In this document: in pieces, positions 24,593 to 51,631 of the stretch
Layout: each line of letters starts with the position of its first letter
How positions within the stretch are numbered: the stretch's first letter is position 1
Source of the DNA: Lingula anatina
Lineage: Eukaryota > Animalia > Brachiopoda
Length of the DNA: 64,000 nt
Assembly: GCA_051362555.1 (NCBI GenBank)
Contig: CM120646.1
Location: 21,514,001 to 21,578,000, forward strand
Direction: 5' to 3'
Program-made: the position numbers and the translations under genes
The notes under the pieces: model-generated
What the model was told of the DNA's origin: nothing
Databases searched by the model: none
The model's input: the letters and a program-made list of their open reading frames with translations, nothing else

Positions 24593-27061
24593 GCACAAAT
24601 TTAATAATGGAATATTAGTTTGGAAATACTATGCCATAGATGGGTGAAAACCCTTTTATGTGGGTAAATTAAAAAAAAATAAATAAAAATTAAACATTAT
24701 CTCTTCACCTGCAGCTTAGGTGCTTTGTCAGCATCCTGGTTCTCTTCTTCATCCTCATCCTCACTGACGTCCTCCTCCTCATCTTTCCCAACATCAGACT
24801 GGTCAATGATGTTTTTAAAGATCCGGTTGACCACGTGGCTGACCAGGTGCTTGCTGGAGATAACAAGAAACTTTGAATTTTTTTTTTCTACAAGTGGCAT
24901 TAAAACACTTCTGCATATATCTTTGACAAGGAGAGGAAAAATTGATTCTTGGACAAAAGAAAATGACTGAACCTTTTTTTAATTGTTTTGTCACTTTTTT
25001 GTTGCTCATGTGTAAAAGTTAGTTGATCTGGGAATATCAGCTCATGGATGACACAAATTCCTGATATATAAAAATGCATTTTAAAATTTTGGAAAATGAT
25101 GTAATTACTGATTTCAGTCTAGCAGCCTACAAAGTCAAAACAGATTTTTGCGGATATTGAATATTTTACTAAGAATCGGCCAATGTAAATCTGAACACCT
25201 ACTTCTGACACCGAGTCATCATGGTGCAGTAAGGTTCCAGGAATATCTGAAGGGTCTCTGGTTTTAACTGGAAATGAGACATCACAATTATCAAAATAAG
25301 GCAGATAAGAGCAACATTGTAAGAGAAAATATTAGCCCAGTTGAAGAATAACATATCAGTGTACACATTATCTTCTCACACAAAGAATAATATAGTATGA
25401 GAAAATCTATAAAATTTTAAAATACAATACAATACAATACAATACATACACTGTCTATTCCCACAGAGGACAGTTCATCAAGATAAATGTCAGCCAAGTG
25501 AAACTTGAGGCCATCAGGGCCAGCGCTGTCGCCGTCAGATATCACATACTTCTCCAGAATGGAAAGAAACTGCTTCACCAGAGTCACTTTCCACTTCTTT
25601 ATCTTCAACATGAGTAAACACTGGTGTATCACCCGTCTGATGAGCTGGTGAACAGAAAATACTGTTATAAGTCATGCCAATTTGATCATGATTAAATCAT
25701 GTGACCAGATTACATGACAAAAAAAGCTTAAATAAAATTGAATGAAATTTGAGGTCAACAAGTCATTTATCATGTGATGATAAAGCTTTTTTTTTTACCT
25801 GGCACCATGTTTATGTTCTTAATTTTGATTCTTACTAGCAAAATGATTTCTTGAGTATTACAAAAACATGAAATTACTTATTTCAACCCGTGGAAAAAAA
25901 AACTTAAGCCTATTGGTTCAAAGTAGAAAAAGTGGCTAGTAACTGAACAAATTAAAAAAAAACGTGCTTGCCCTCAATTTCACTGGCATTTGTGTTAATT
26001 AACATTGCAGACTTTCATTTTCAAATAAAGAAAAACATACAGTGGTATCTCAATAGTTGACACTGCAATATTCTCACCATCATAAATTTATCCAGTCTCA
26101 ACCTATCTATTCCAAACCACTCCCTGCACTGTGTTTGGAAGAAGGCGTCTATGAACAGGAAGGCCTGAGCATTGTTGTCGAAGCACTGGAGGAGGTTGGA
26201 CAGGGTATCCGCCAGGTCCTCCTGGATGACAGAAAATTAACAAAATAGTTTCCTGGGAAATGGTTCAAGGTGAAATGTTAACTTCGGAAGCAATGTTTTC
26301 TTTGTAATATATGTAGATATAAAATCTGAAGAACAAAGAAACAGTTGGTGTTGATGATAGCTTCAAGAGACCTATCCTTATTTTTCTTTTACGGTCAATA
26401 AAGGTGTATTTTTTTAATGAATATTGATCAGAAGCAAAAACTTATTTTGTTCTGCACCCTGTTGATGTTTTCTATTCTCACCTGCACCAATGGCTTGTCA
26501 CACATCCACATGCAGTAGTGTAAACCTTTCCATATCTTCAACATGTCATCTTCAGAGAATCCAACTGCAACAAAAATAAGTCAGTGATATTAGATATCGC
26601 ATTATCGTACCATCAAAGACTCCAGTAATATTAATTGGTAAACTTACCACCTTTATTTCAATCTTTATTTTGAATTAATAACATGTTTTGCCGGGTTCAC
26701 CAGTATCTTAGATTTATTAAGCAAATTAAAGAGTGAACTAAGCATGGTGATTTTCATCATTCTTTCTTCTTTATTTCAAGTTTTCTTTACAGTAATGGCC
26801 ACTTGAAAACTCGTATTCGTAACAGTTCTCACAGACTTTAAAACAGACTCCCACGTGGGAGCCTACTAGAGTCAACTGTGACTCAATTGCCGGTCAATTT
26901 CTTAGCATTTTGACAACAAACATGGTCATACCTGACTGTGATCTCACGGATATGTACTTTCTCAGCTTTTTCACAGCTCGATCGCGAATTTTCTTTTCAT
27001 TGGCGGCTAATTTTTGGGCAAAATACACCTCCGCAGGTTGGAGTTGCATGGAAGCAGCCAT
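21076..27061 (-). CDS. RRP1: Ribosomal RNA processing protein 1 homolog (RRP1/RRP1B, Nop52 domain), ~11 exons
   Basis: MAASMQLQPAEVYFAQKLAANEKKIRDRAVKKLRKYI (26932-27061), KIWKGLHYCMWMCDKPLVQ, REWFGIDRLRLDKFMM, GLKFHLADIYLDEL. Also a long Lys-rich exon (~22314-23451), a KKRVSF (RVxF) motif and the C-terminus GILKTPP...AKAADFF*. Confidence 0.93.
21916..21981. mobile_element. 66-bp miniature inverted-repeat element with apparent 6-bp TSD CTTTCT, in an RRP1 intron
   Basis: cagggatgagactt...aagtctcatcgctg is flanked by ctttct at 21910-21915 and 21982-21987. Confidence 0.55.
24545..24590. repeat. (CA)n microsatellite
   Basis: Direct reading. Confidence 0.95.
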
Positions 27062-27278
27062 CTTGGGAATTTCTCATACTCTCAATGCGATGTCCTCAGA
27101 TAGTTTTAAATTGTACGTATATCTTTATAAAACGCTCCTATGTAAAGAATGAAAAGGTAATTTTTTGTTTATCTTGACCAAGAAAAAAAGAAAAACAAGA
27201 GGATTAATCCATAAAATGAATAGTTCGATATGGTTTAGAGATTAAAAACCGCGCTACATTCAGTTCGAGGCCAGAGTG
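27062..27278. promoter_or_regulatory. Putative bidirectional promoter shared by RRP1 and CENATAC
   Basis: The divergent ATGs at 27061 (-) and 27279 (+) are only 217 bp apart. Confidence 0.7.
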
Positions 27279-30200
27279 ATGTCCACATCTTTCATACAGT
27301 TTACTTTCTGCTCCATTTGTAGACAAAACCACCAGCAAGGCAAGAAACATGTGTTTTCAAAAGGCCATCGGGGGATTGTCAAGAACATTATTGATAAATT
27401 TTACAAAAAGGTACTTGATATTTTAAAGCATTTTTTTTTTCGATATAAGTTGCATTGCCAACCTCACTCTTCGTCTCTGTTTTTCTCAGAATGTATGTAA
27501 CCAATGATTTGTCAGACACTTTTAGTACAAATTAGTTTGAATAACACATAAATACAGCGCGTCGAAAAAAGATAGACTCTACAGAAAATGAATAATTACT
27601 TATTTACTTTGCCAATACTTTTACCAGGTCCAAGCGGCCAAAAACGCCATGAAGATCCCAGTGGCCCACGAGTTGTCCTGGGAGATGGGGGCCACATTTT
27701 GGTGTTACTTCTGTGCTGAAGATGTAGAGAAACATACCAGGACTGAGGAAGCCACTGTGGAATATGGAGGCTTTATCCAACACTTTCTTAGGTATGGTAC
27801 TGACCCATTAATTCCGAACAAAATTGATGAAGTATGTTTCCCAAATAATGTGTACAAGACAAGGGGCCACAAGTTTGTCATACTTTTTTTTTCTGAAATA
27901 AACAAACAAAAAAACAAAATTATCCTAAATTAATTTTATAGGGTAGTCATTTTTTTCCTGACAAACTGACCTGAGGAATGTTTTTAAAATTCTGCCATAC
28001 CTCTTTTTTTTTTTGGGGGGGGGGGGGGGTGGGGTGGGGGGTGGGTGTAAATTCAATTACTTTTTGTGTCTTTAAATCAAGGCATTTATCTATAAGAAAC
28101 CTAAACTGATATTTTATCAGCTGAAAAATTCATTATCAGGGAATGGGGTTTGAAAGGTGTAACATGGCTCTTGTTTTAATTTTTTCTACCATCATTTCAG
28201 TGCTTCACACATCAAGAGTATGCATCACTTTTTCTATGAGAACAAAGTTGAGAAATCCAGGAAGAAGAACTTTATTCTCAGCATGGAGGACTTTGCAAGG
28301 TAAGCATCCACCTTTAATAATACAAAGTTTTCTTTGACTCTAAGGTATTGAGAGATAACATTTGATAATTTTTTTTTCTAAAATGACATCTGGAATTGTT
28401 TTCTTCTGGTTGAATTAAGTTTTTCACCAAATTGATTTTTTTAGGACTGATAGTTGGAATTTATAAATTATTTCAGATTTCAAGTTAAGGCTGAGCAAGC
28501 TGTGAAGGACTACGTAGAGGAGCAGAGAAGAGAGAGAGAAAAGGTACGTGAAGTCTGAACGTGCATTTAGATTAAAAATAACCATAAAAAGAATAGTAGT
28601 ATCAATTGGCAAGAAGAAATGAACAGATTTATATATTAATTATTCTTTTATTAAGAAATAAGTTTACAAATAAGAAATAAGAATCTGATATTTATTGATA
28701 AATATTTGTTTGTATTTAAAAGTAAATTCAGAAATAAGAAATGAGTTAAGAATCTGAAGATTATTAATACATATTAAATTATCGTTGTATTTGGCTGAAA
28801 AAACTAAGCAGTAAATTTAAAGCAAAGGGAAAAAAAGCATTCAACAGTTACTGGTATTTGTCAGTATGAAACGAGAAATATCTTTTTCAGGAAATGCTTA
28901 AACTCCGACAGAGGGAGAATGAACGTGCATACATTATCCAGCAGGAGTTACGCCATAAGGAGGTCTGTTGGCTGATGGGATAGCTTGTAGGGTTTGATGT
29001 ATCCACATTTGTGTTTATTAGAACACTAGCTGTTAAAATTCCAAATGACATATGATAAAAGCATAATCTGATTTATTTAACATTTTAATGATTTATTTAC
29101 ATTTGATTTTTATATAATAATTTAAAGGTAATTAATTAATTGTGATTTCATGCATCACAGTCTTAAGGGTTATTATTTTATTAAAAATTTGCCAGATCTG
29201 TTCTGTAACAATTCATGAATTTTTTTTAATCACTTAAAAATGATGACTTGCATGTAAAAATTATCTAGTGGCATGTAAATTCTCCGCAAACATATAGAAA
29301 AAATGAATGTCAAACTAAGGATGAAGTGTTTTGGTATATGTTCTGCAAATTTTCTTGTGGTTACACATTTCCTGAATGTTTGGCAGACAAAAAAGTACTC
29401 AGATTCTGTAGAGGGCGCTTTGTTCAAGACACCCCAGCCTAGATATGAAGACCCCACAGGTTTGCTGCCTAAGGATGTGCGGACTGAATCTGCCTTTGGA
29501 GAAGGCTTGGAGATGGTCAAACTTAAGGTAAATAGGTTTATGGTCTGGATTGTTTAAATTGATTTTTTTTTTCATTTTTTATTTAGTTTTTTTTGTACTT
29601 ATTCCTCGAAAGCATGTCACAGGGATGGGATTTTTCCCTTTTTCCTGAACTCCATTTTTTTTACAACTTTGTTTTTTATCTCTGAGCAGGATAATTGCAC
29701 TACATTGTCAGTGTTCACCCCCCCCCCCCAATGCCCCTCCAAAGTCACATCTCTGATGTTAACTATGACTATACATGTATTTCCACCTTTAAATAATAAA
29801 ATGGTAAAAATGCAAAATAATCCTGAAATAATGGTGGCTTTTGTAAGCCTGGTAAACTGTGTCCGTCCTTTTCCTGGTGTATTTTTGCTATTCACAGCAA
29901 TATGACCCAGAGGTGGGTAACATCTTCAAGGGCTCCACACCCCCTTGGCTGAGGCCAGGCTCAGGAGAGAGACGGAGTAAAGACATTGGCCCCACGGTGG
30001 AGGATCTTCAGAAACATTGTGAGTACAAACACTGGAATACTTAAGTAGTAGTACCTCAGTAAGACACAGACCATGGTATTCTAGGTCATGAGGCTCACTG
30101 TCAGGAACAAATGGATGCGCAGGAAATAAGTTACTGAAAGCCACGTCAGTGTCACTGTAGTGATTGTATCATCATCTGGTGGCTGTGCTCAGCTTTTTGT

Positions 30201-32734
30201 TTGTGATTATAAAAAGTAGACAGTGGATAAAACTGAGGAGATATTATCATTAATCTTTTATAAAATTCTCCCTCTTTCTCTCCCTCTCTCTCGTACATCA
30301 ACTTTGATTTGTATCAATCATCAGCAGTTTGAAGTACTTGTTCAAGGGACATGGAGGAACGTGAAGTGTTAACATATACTGTACATTCAAGTTTGGTTGT
30401 TAGAAATTTTCTAATGTTGCATACCACTATTTCAGTGGAAGCTGAACAGAAAAAGAAACTTCCAGCGAATCGTGTAGGGGCCAATTTCAAGCAAGAGTCT
30501 TTGTCACAAGGTGGAGCCACTTGGCTGCCATCTTTTGGCGGGGTGTGGCACCACCAGAGGAGAGCCAATCAGAAGTCAGTAAAATTGGTTTTATTTGACC
30601 TTGTTAAAGCCTCGGTCACAACCAGACGCACGAATTTCAGGATCGTACGTCCCCTGCGATTTTTGGGTGTTGCGGAGGCCGTGGAGGTCGTAGAGGTAGA
30701 GGAAAGTCTGCCTTGTGAGTCGCAAGGGCCACATGAGATGTCCTTTCAAGCAGGGACGCTAATTGCAAGGAGCGATGGCCGTGGAGATTGTACTCATTTC
30801 TTGAGTTTGTCTTGCTTCCTGTGTACGTAGCACACACTCACCACTTACGAAGGGAATGCAACGCACGGCGAAAGTAGTGCCCTTTTGCGTCAGTTTTGCT
30901 TCACACTTGCCTCACACGTTTGTGGTGACGCACTGACGGCGTACGTCAGTTTTGCTTCATGTTCTCCTCTTCTTTCTTCTTCCTTCTCCCCTTTTTCTAC
31001 TATGTAAGCTTTTTTCTCTTGCATTTTGGAGGCATATTAGAAACTAAATTGAGCATAAACTTGAAAATTTTGGACGTTTTGTACTCGTTACACAGTCGAC
31101 GTTCATTGTAAAGACACGAGCGTGCGTCGTGAGCACGCCTTTTATACGCCAGGCGTGGGGGTGACGCACGTGCGACGCATTCCCGGTGTGCTCTCGACTT
31201 TGTTCGTTAGTTGTGAGGGCGTGCGCCTTACTCAACACGCAAAGGGCACTTGATTTCTTCATTGCTTGCGACGTGCATCATGCACAACGCGCGTCTCTCT
31301 TGCTAACTCCGTGCGAGGGGAGGAAGCTACGCTTGCGGCCTCGCTGTTCGCAGGCTATTCGTAGAATCTTTTGGACATGCCCAACATCCTCCGTACGTGC
31401 TTACGGACTGTCTGCGAACTCGAAATTTCGTAAGAAGGACTTGCGTGGGAAGTGAGATTTTGCGCAAAATGTCGACATAAACAGCCCGTAAGAGGCCGTA
31501 CGACCGGTTGTGACCGAGGCTTAAGTTCACATTACTTATATTGAAAATATAATGCCTTCTCTAAATTTTGAAACAGTGACTTAAAATATAGGTCAAACTT
31601 AAGTTGGTGTTTACAAAAGCTTCGTTTGTGAAGTTTTTAAACAGCCCTTCCCAGTATTGGAATATGTTGTAAATCGCAATATGGATTTAAATACCTTTTA
31701 CATCATCTTTCATCTAAGTATTTTATTCACCCAAATTAAAAGTATATAATAATTAAAAGCCATCGTTTATTAGTACAAGAGAATGGGTTTAAACATTTTA
31801 ATTGTAAGTATAGTTGTAGGTGCTTTTCAGGTTATATAAGTGTTTTGTCATTATTTTTCTTTTGAGATTTAGTGTTGTTGATTCCTAAGCAAGCATATGA
31901 TATACAGAAATTTAGTAACATTTCAAAATAATAACACTGACGGAAAAGTAACTGAAAATAATTTGAAATTTACATAATTATTTTACATGGCTTAGTCAAT
32001 GTAGGTTGCTTCATGTATTTTCTTCCAGATATCAGTTCCTGAGAAAGTCAAAACAAGGATTTTCCAGATCTGACCCGTCTGTTTACTTATCAGTTCCCGT
32101 GAAGAGTATAAAACCTTACCAGAGAAAACGTCCAAATGTCACTGATGTGGGAATGCCCTCTCCATCCTACAGCGGATATATACCAACTAATATTGACACA
32201 GGACCAGAAGATATAAGATTTCATCAGCGACCTGTGCCAGAGGTGACATATTCTTTTGGGATGGGTGGGTTGCAATCACGAGGGAGCGGTGAATTTACAG
32301 CATCAAATGAAATAGGGGTTTCAACAGACTTTCGAGGAGGTTGTAGTAATTTTGATTTGACAGTGGATAATAATAATAAACGCAAGCTGATACAAACTGA
32401 GAGTATTTCTGCAGCTTTATCTTCAAATTCTGATCAGAGACTTAAAGCACACCAGAGTGAAATTTTCAGTACAAAGAATGGAGGTAGTGTTTTTTCAATA
32501 AATTCGAACATGGTTAAACCTTATCATAGGAAAAGACCTGCAGGAATTGTGGGAAGTGCATCTTTTTCAGGTAGAGACAGTGTAAAGTGTTATGAAAAGA
32601 AAAGGTCAACAGAAGCTGAGGGAAGTACATTGCCTTCAAAAACAGACAAAGTACAAATATATCCAAAGAAAAGACCAGAGGAAACAGTCACAGGTGCTTC
32701 TAGTTCAAGTTCAAATTTGATCGAACATTTCTGA
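27279..32734 (+). CDS. CENATAC: Centrosomal AT-AC splicing factor CENATAC/CCDC84 homolog (exons ~27279-27410, 27628-27791, 28201-28299, 28478-28543, 28891-28962, 29387-29527, 29898-30018, 30436-30574, 32029-32734)
   Basis: N-terminal zinc fingers FCSICRQNHQQGKKHVFSKGH and FWCYFCAEDV...YGGFIQHF. Conserved C-terminal motifs GNIFKGSTPPWL, IGPTVEDL, KKLPANRVGANF and WLPSFGGVW. Confidence 0.9.
30608..31521. mobile_element. Non-autonomous PIF/Harbinger-type element in the last CENATAC intron
   Basis: TIRs agcctcggtcacaacc / ggttgtgaccgaggct, a TAA duplication on both sides (30605-30607, 31522-31524), and a GC-richer interior than the host. Confidence 0.8.
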
Positions 32735-34140
32735 AGGTTAAATAACAAATGATTTCACTGATAAAGTCAAAGATCTTGATACATTTGCTATAAGATAAGA
32801 TTTTTGTTGTTTACAGGACCGTCTTTCATTTATCATTATTTTTTATGGAGATTTTGAATAAAACATCAATCAAACTTACCTGACTGCGGTTTGTAATGAG
32901 AATGCTGCCTTCCTTTTTTTTTCCCTCATCCTATATACATTTTGGACAAATCGTTTTATTTGTCCAAGTGTACACGTATGATTTTAGAGATAAAACTTAT
33001 TTGGTAGGTATAGACTGAAGCTCTCTCCCCAAAGTCTTTGGCTGTTCAGATTTGTTTCGAAAAAAATTAAGGTATTTCTGTGTGTTGTTTTCAATGCATT
33101 TAATGTGGAATTTTGAATTCCACACATGTACGAAGAGTCCCTTTCTTTAGAAAAGGCATAAAAGATCGAATCCATAAACTGGGATAGTTAAAAAAAATTA
33201 TTCGTGAGTAGGAAAACGCCGTTTTCTTTCTTTTGATTTATCTAAGTACATTTGGTTAGCCAAGAGACCATCAGCCATGTTAAGTGTATTTTTCCAAAAT
33301 TTGATGATGTGGGCTTCAATTATTGAACAAGTTGGAAACGCTCTGACTGCCTGATTGCGTGCTTTTGAATAAAGCCAATAATGGTGTTCGAAGAAATTTT
33401 GCATTTAAAAATCAGGAAACAAAAAAAAACACGTTTCATTGCCCTTATTGTTTTATTCTTGTCCCTGCTATATCCCTTAAGCCCATGTACATTGTTGATA
33501 ATTTTACAGTGATCATAAAAGTGGAAAAATAATATAGAACAACAATAGAGCCATTTGTCCCATAGAAATGTATGCATATGTTCAGACTCGGCCATACAAG
33601 TTATAGAGCCCTTTGCTCGCGGCCATGTATACGTTACTTCAAGTTTGGTACAAGCAACATACAAGTGAAAACTACTTAACCAGACAATTAACCAAACGTG
33701 CTTAATGGCTCAAAGGTTTTGGGCATATTACTAGCAGTTAAATTCACTTACAATATAGTATGATTCTTTCACTCTAAATGCTGTATCAGAATATTAGTAT
33801 TATTCAGTTCATAATTTACCATATCATATTTCTGAAAAAATTTTTTTTCCTTTTTTCTCCCTTTGTATTTTCCTTACTCTGAATATATATACTGTTATAG
33901 AAAAGTTAAGGTCAATAGAAAATTGTTCTTAGGATACGTAGCAGTTAGCAGTATCCTTTTATCACGTGCGATTAAATAAGTAGATCGTATTCCGGGTGAA
34001 AAGACTCGAATCATGCAATAGCGGATTTGGGGGGGGGGGGGGGGGGCTGCTGTCATCCCTAAAATGAAACTACACCCCTCCCTCCTTCAAATAATCCCGG
34101 ATCCGCCCGTGTGCAGTGTATGTTGGAGGTCATATTCAAA

Positions 34141-34431
34141 GGTCCCATTTAGATTGGATGATCCGAGTAGGTCTACATAGGCCTACTGATCCGCCGACTA
34201 AATGTGGCCGACCACAGTTCAAAAGCGATGCTGTTGATTTCTGATGGTCCAAACGCGCCGTCGCTGCAGGGTCCTAGTAGTTCAACCTTGAGGCAGAGAT
34301 TTAATCTGTTTAAAGGCGCGTGTGGAGTCGGAGAGACCATCAGGAATCAGCGGCATAGCTTTTGAACTGTGATCGGCCATATTTAGTCGGCGGATCAGTA
34401 AGTATTCGGATCATCCATTCTAAGTGGGACC
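34141..34431. mobile_element. Foldback MITE with ~110-bp imperfect TIRs (Harbinger-like ends)
   Basis: ggtcccatttagattggatgatccga...actgatccgccgactaaatgtggccga is mirrored by tcggccatatttagtcggcggatcagt...tcggatcatccattctaagtgggacc, with aaa on both sides. Confidence 0.75.
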
Positions 34432-34530
34432 AAAGAGACAAATTAATAAAACGCAATATACTCAACACATACGACGACTTACATATTTTTATATGTAACA
34501 GTTTCTGATCTCTTCATTTCTTCACTAAAA

Positions 34531-37380
34531 CTAAACGCACTTGTTATAAATACGTCGACAGGCGTCTTTGAAACAGTTCCCTCCCAGGCAGTTCTTGCTA
34601 GATCCGTACGTTTTTTTGTACCTTTCAAGATTGGAATAATGTTTCTTCTGAACATCAATGCAACGGTTATCCCAGCTCCAATTGGCTTTAGAAAATTTAA
34701 AGAGATCTAGGTGGAGTTTACTCCGGTTGAAGCTCGAGCATTCAGCAGGGCATAAATCGAAGCCGCCCGAATAACATAGTCCTTCCATTAATGCCATGTT
34801 GGATAAGAGTAGGGAGCCAAATTTCTTTTTACTTTTTTTAACTAAAAGGGAAAAGGTTCGTCCGTCATAGTGTAACACCTTCAAAATATAATGTGTGTAT
34901 ATGAGAGAGAGAGAGAGAAAAAGAGAGAGAGAGAGAGGTCATATAAAATGATATCTTGTCACAAATTTTCTGATAGATAAAAAGAGAAATGACAATCTAA
35001 AATACAGAAGCACTAAGAGACCACAAATCTCCGCCACCGCAGCCAAATTCTCATCGACATTTTCAAATGTAAATTCAATTCCCAATTACCATAATTAATC
35101 AGTTAATTCGTCAATTAATAATTAAAGACTAGCCCATTTCGGATCTGTCATAAAAGTTCTTTAAAATCTCTTCATATCTTTTTGAATAATGTTGCTTACT
35201 AACTGTTGGTAACTCGGTCTTTTTCCTACAAGTCCTTAAAATAATAAAATCTATCCACAATCGTTGGCATGATGTTGCTTACAGACAGACACCGATACAG
35301 ACAGACAGACTGGCTGACAAACAAAAATTAATATTGCTTTCCTTAGCAAAATATCAGGCTTGCCGCAAACTCTCTAACGAACTTGCTGCAAATATGCTAC
35401 AAATTTGCTGAAAATATTCAAGAACATGAATAGTTTCTTGCAAACTTACTGCAAACTTGAGAATTTTTGCAAATTTACTGCAAATTTGCAAGAAAATAAA
35501 AAAAAAATGTGCAGAAAAAAAAAAATTGTGCAAACGTTCTGCAAACAGATGTTCTTTCAAAAATTCTGCAAATTAGCAGCCATACTTATTTTTCTTGCAA
35601 ACTTCCGCAAACTCCTGGTCGCAAACTTTTAGTTTGCAGCAAATTTGCTGTAGTGATTTTAGGACATTATAAAGCTGATCTCTACACGCCATTAGAACTG
35701 ACCCTAATTCTATTATTTCACCACCGTGAACTGTATTGTAACCTTGCCAACTCAAATAAGGTCAAATACTATTTGAACCAAATTCGATATCCAATTTGGT
35801 TCAGTTAGTATTTGACCTTATTTGAGTTGTCAGGGAAAATTGTGTGCATAAATGCGAATGCTTTCAAAGCCAGCGTTTGTGTACGTGTGTCATTTAAAAA
35901 GAATTGAAACTTTTCCCATAGCTTATTGGTATACTAGTTTTCATTTTTATGCACAGACACAGGTGTGTATCTGTGTTACCTGCAGTGCACGATTAAAAAT
36001 GGTGGTGATTATGTTGTTAAGCATTATGTAATATTGCATCAAAACTGAAGAAACTCCTATCCTGGGCACTGCCGCCATAGTGACCATTTACGGAAAACGA
36101 TATTACTAGTCTAGCGATTCTCAAACTAATTGAAAAGATTCGTAGGCCCAAAAATACAGCTGTAATAGCTTGATTAGACTCTTTTTCCGGTTGTTATGAT
36201 GTTTTTGTGATAACTTAATTTTTTATATTTGTATTTTCAATGTGGAACTTGAACTCCCACGACCAGGAAACCGTGTGGTAGTTTCATTTTTCGAATGCCT
36301 ATGTTTCCTATAGTAGATAATTAAAATTTGGTGTCGTTTGTGATGTAAATCATGATGTAATATTGCATCATACTTGACAAAAAAACTATTTTTCATACCT
36401 AAGGAACTATACGGCGGATTATGGTGACGACCATGTATAGCCACCCTTGGGAAGGGCTTCTTTTCTTCTGGAGTGAAATGTTCCTTGTAGTAACTATACG
36501 GCACTCTTCCAGCGACACTGCCTTCTGTTTCAGAGAGATTGCCATGCGGATAACTCTGCAGATAAAATCTGTACTCGTTACGGTGGAAGAGGTACATGTA
36601 CTGGCACATAATATGAAATTGTGATGCAACGATTTTGTGACAGATATTCTCTCTGTATATATCATCAAACGATTTATTGTATCTTTTCTCCAAATAGTGT
36701 CTTGCTTCGATTATATGCCTCACTTTAATAAGAACTGGGAAATACACCATGCAACGAAAAACTTCTGGCGTCCCAAATAACTTCTCCGTTGCCATAGCGA
36801 ATTGTTGATAGACATAGTATGTTTGTTTGCCGATTAACCCAATGACGACTGGTTTGCCATTTTCAAAAAGCAATTCTGGTGTCACCATGGTAACGAATAA
36901 CGTGTCAGTGTCAACAATGCCAACGTACTCAGCATCGGTGTAGTTCTCGGGGTAAAAGTTTGACCACTGTTGCCGATCATATCCCGAGTTACAATAAACA
37001 TGAGGTGCAGGCTTTTCAAAGTGCACACTTGGGTACGGATAGCGCTTGGCAATTTCAGCTCCCACAATGTGATCTTGTGACGATTCGTTGTCCAGAACAA
37101 CAACCAATTTTATCTCATCCGGCCAAAAAAGCCGCATGCTCTCAACAAGCATGCCATCATAGTACGGCAACACTTTCGAAAAAGTCCTAACCATAAGCAC
37201 AAAGTCTGGAACTGATGCCCAAGCCGATAGTTTTTTTCCGGCTGATCCGTTACTCAAGCCAGGCCAATATCTTGAAGGTTTATCGGAGTCTTTGGACATA
37301 TATATGAGACAACACAGAAAGCCTATGGTCGCAGTGACAGTCATAGTTTTCACGATACGTGCGACACGTTTGGTCAGCAT
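34531..37380 (-). CDS. Type II membrane, GT-A-fold glycosyltransferase-like protein (~430 aa; exons 36399-37380 and 34531-34841)
   Basis: Short basic N-terminus, then a TM helix (TMTVTATIGFLCCLIYM), a stem, GYDRQQWSNF and a hydrophobic strand followed by DxD (YVGIVDTDTLFV). A phase-1 GTATG donor at 36398 joins a polypyrimidine TTTTAG acceptor at 34842 in frame. Confidence 0.7.
35748..35829. repeat. Near-perfect 82-bp palindrome in an intron
   Basis: caactcaaataaggtcaaatacta-tttgaaccaaattcgatatccaatttggttcagt-tagtatttgaccttatttgagttg. Confidence 0.85.
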
Positions 37381-38331
37381 CGTGGAAAGGGATATGTTCT
37401 ACTTGACGGCTGCCCTTAGTGTTGGGACACAAGGGTAATAAAAACTAATGCTGAATTTGATGAAATTGCGCTGCCCACCAGGCGGAAATATCAAGCACAA
37501 TGTACACAGTCCTGAGGGGACTTATTGGAACATTTCCCAGCTAGAGGCAATAGTAGTAAAACGGGCATCGATGCGAAATAATTAATAATAAACGCGCATA
37601 ACTGCAGGCAAATGTCAACCTACGGACACTACTAGACCTGTGTGGGGCTTTGTGTTAAATATAACATCGCCATCAAAATGGCGAGACTAGCGAGGATACA
37701 TGTAGCTTGTAGTCCAACTTTTAGTTGAGCTATTTGTACAGTTAGGTAAAAAACTGAACATTCCCTTAAAGTCTAAGAATCCCAGAATGGTGAACATGTA
37801 TTTTTTGGATAAGACACCAGGACATGGTGACATCTAGTCACGGTTTTTCCAAGATGGCCGCCAATTACCATTGGAATGCACACTCTGTCATATATGATAT
37901 TATTTCATATCACTAGCATATACGATCTAATATCACAGCACTATTTATGTGGCCAGATATTCTTTTGGCAGACTTTTTGTAAAACAAATTGTGAGCGGAC
38001 GTCACCAGGTGCTGGTGTCATATTCAAAAACACTACTATCGGCGTTAAAAGCAATTTGATCAAATGCAGTGATTCTATTACAAATATGAACAATTATGCT
38101 CAATAACCGCATAATTCTCACCTTTTGAAAGCTCATTCTGTCCACGCAACTCCTATTTTCACCACACAGCCTCTAATAATTGTTTTGAAATGCACTAGAT
38201 CTACACGTATAATTTTTAATTTTTTCGAAGAAAAAAAGACATACTCGTAGGCTTTTGTGGTACATATCCTACACGAGCAGATTACTTGTCGGGTTAATTG
38301 TGCTAGTTAAAATAACAAGAAAATACATTTC

Positions 38332-51631
<13,300 letters not shown>

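Noticed and set aside
30351-31530. ORFs overlapping the Harbinger-type insertion
   Set aside because: Read-through from a CENATAC exon, or chance ORFs in the GC-richer element; no convincing transposase motif.
35337-35660. Several ORFs in a (t)gcaaa/tttgc-rich tract
   Set aside because: Low-complexity, repeat-like intronic sequence with no coherent protein.
35981-36044. Candidate extra exon in the glycosyltransferase-like gene
   Set aside because: It would need a weak AAG acceptor downstream; direct phase-1 splicing 36399->34841 uses a much better acceptor.
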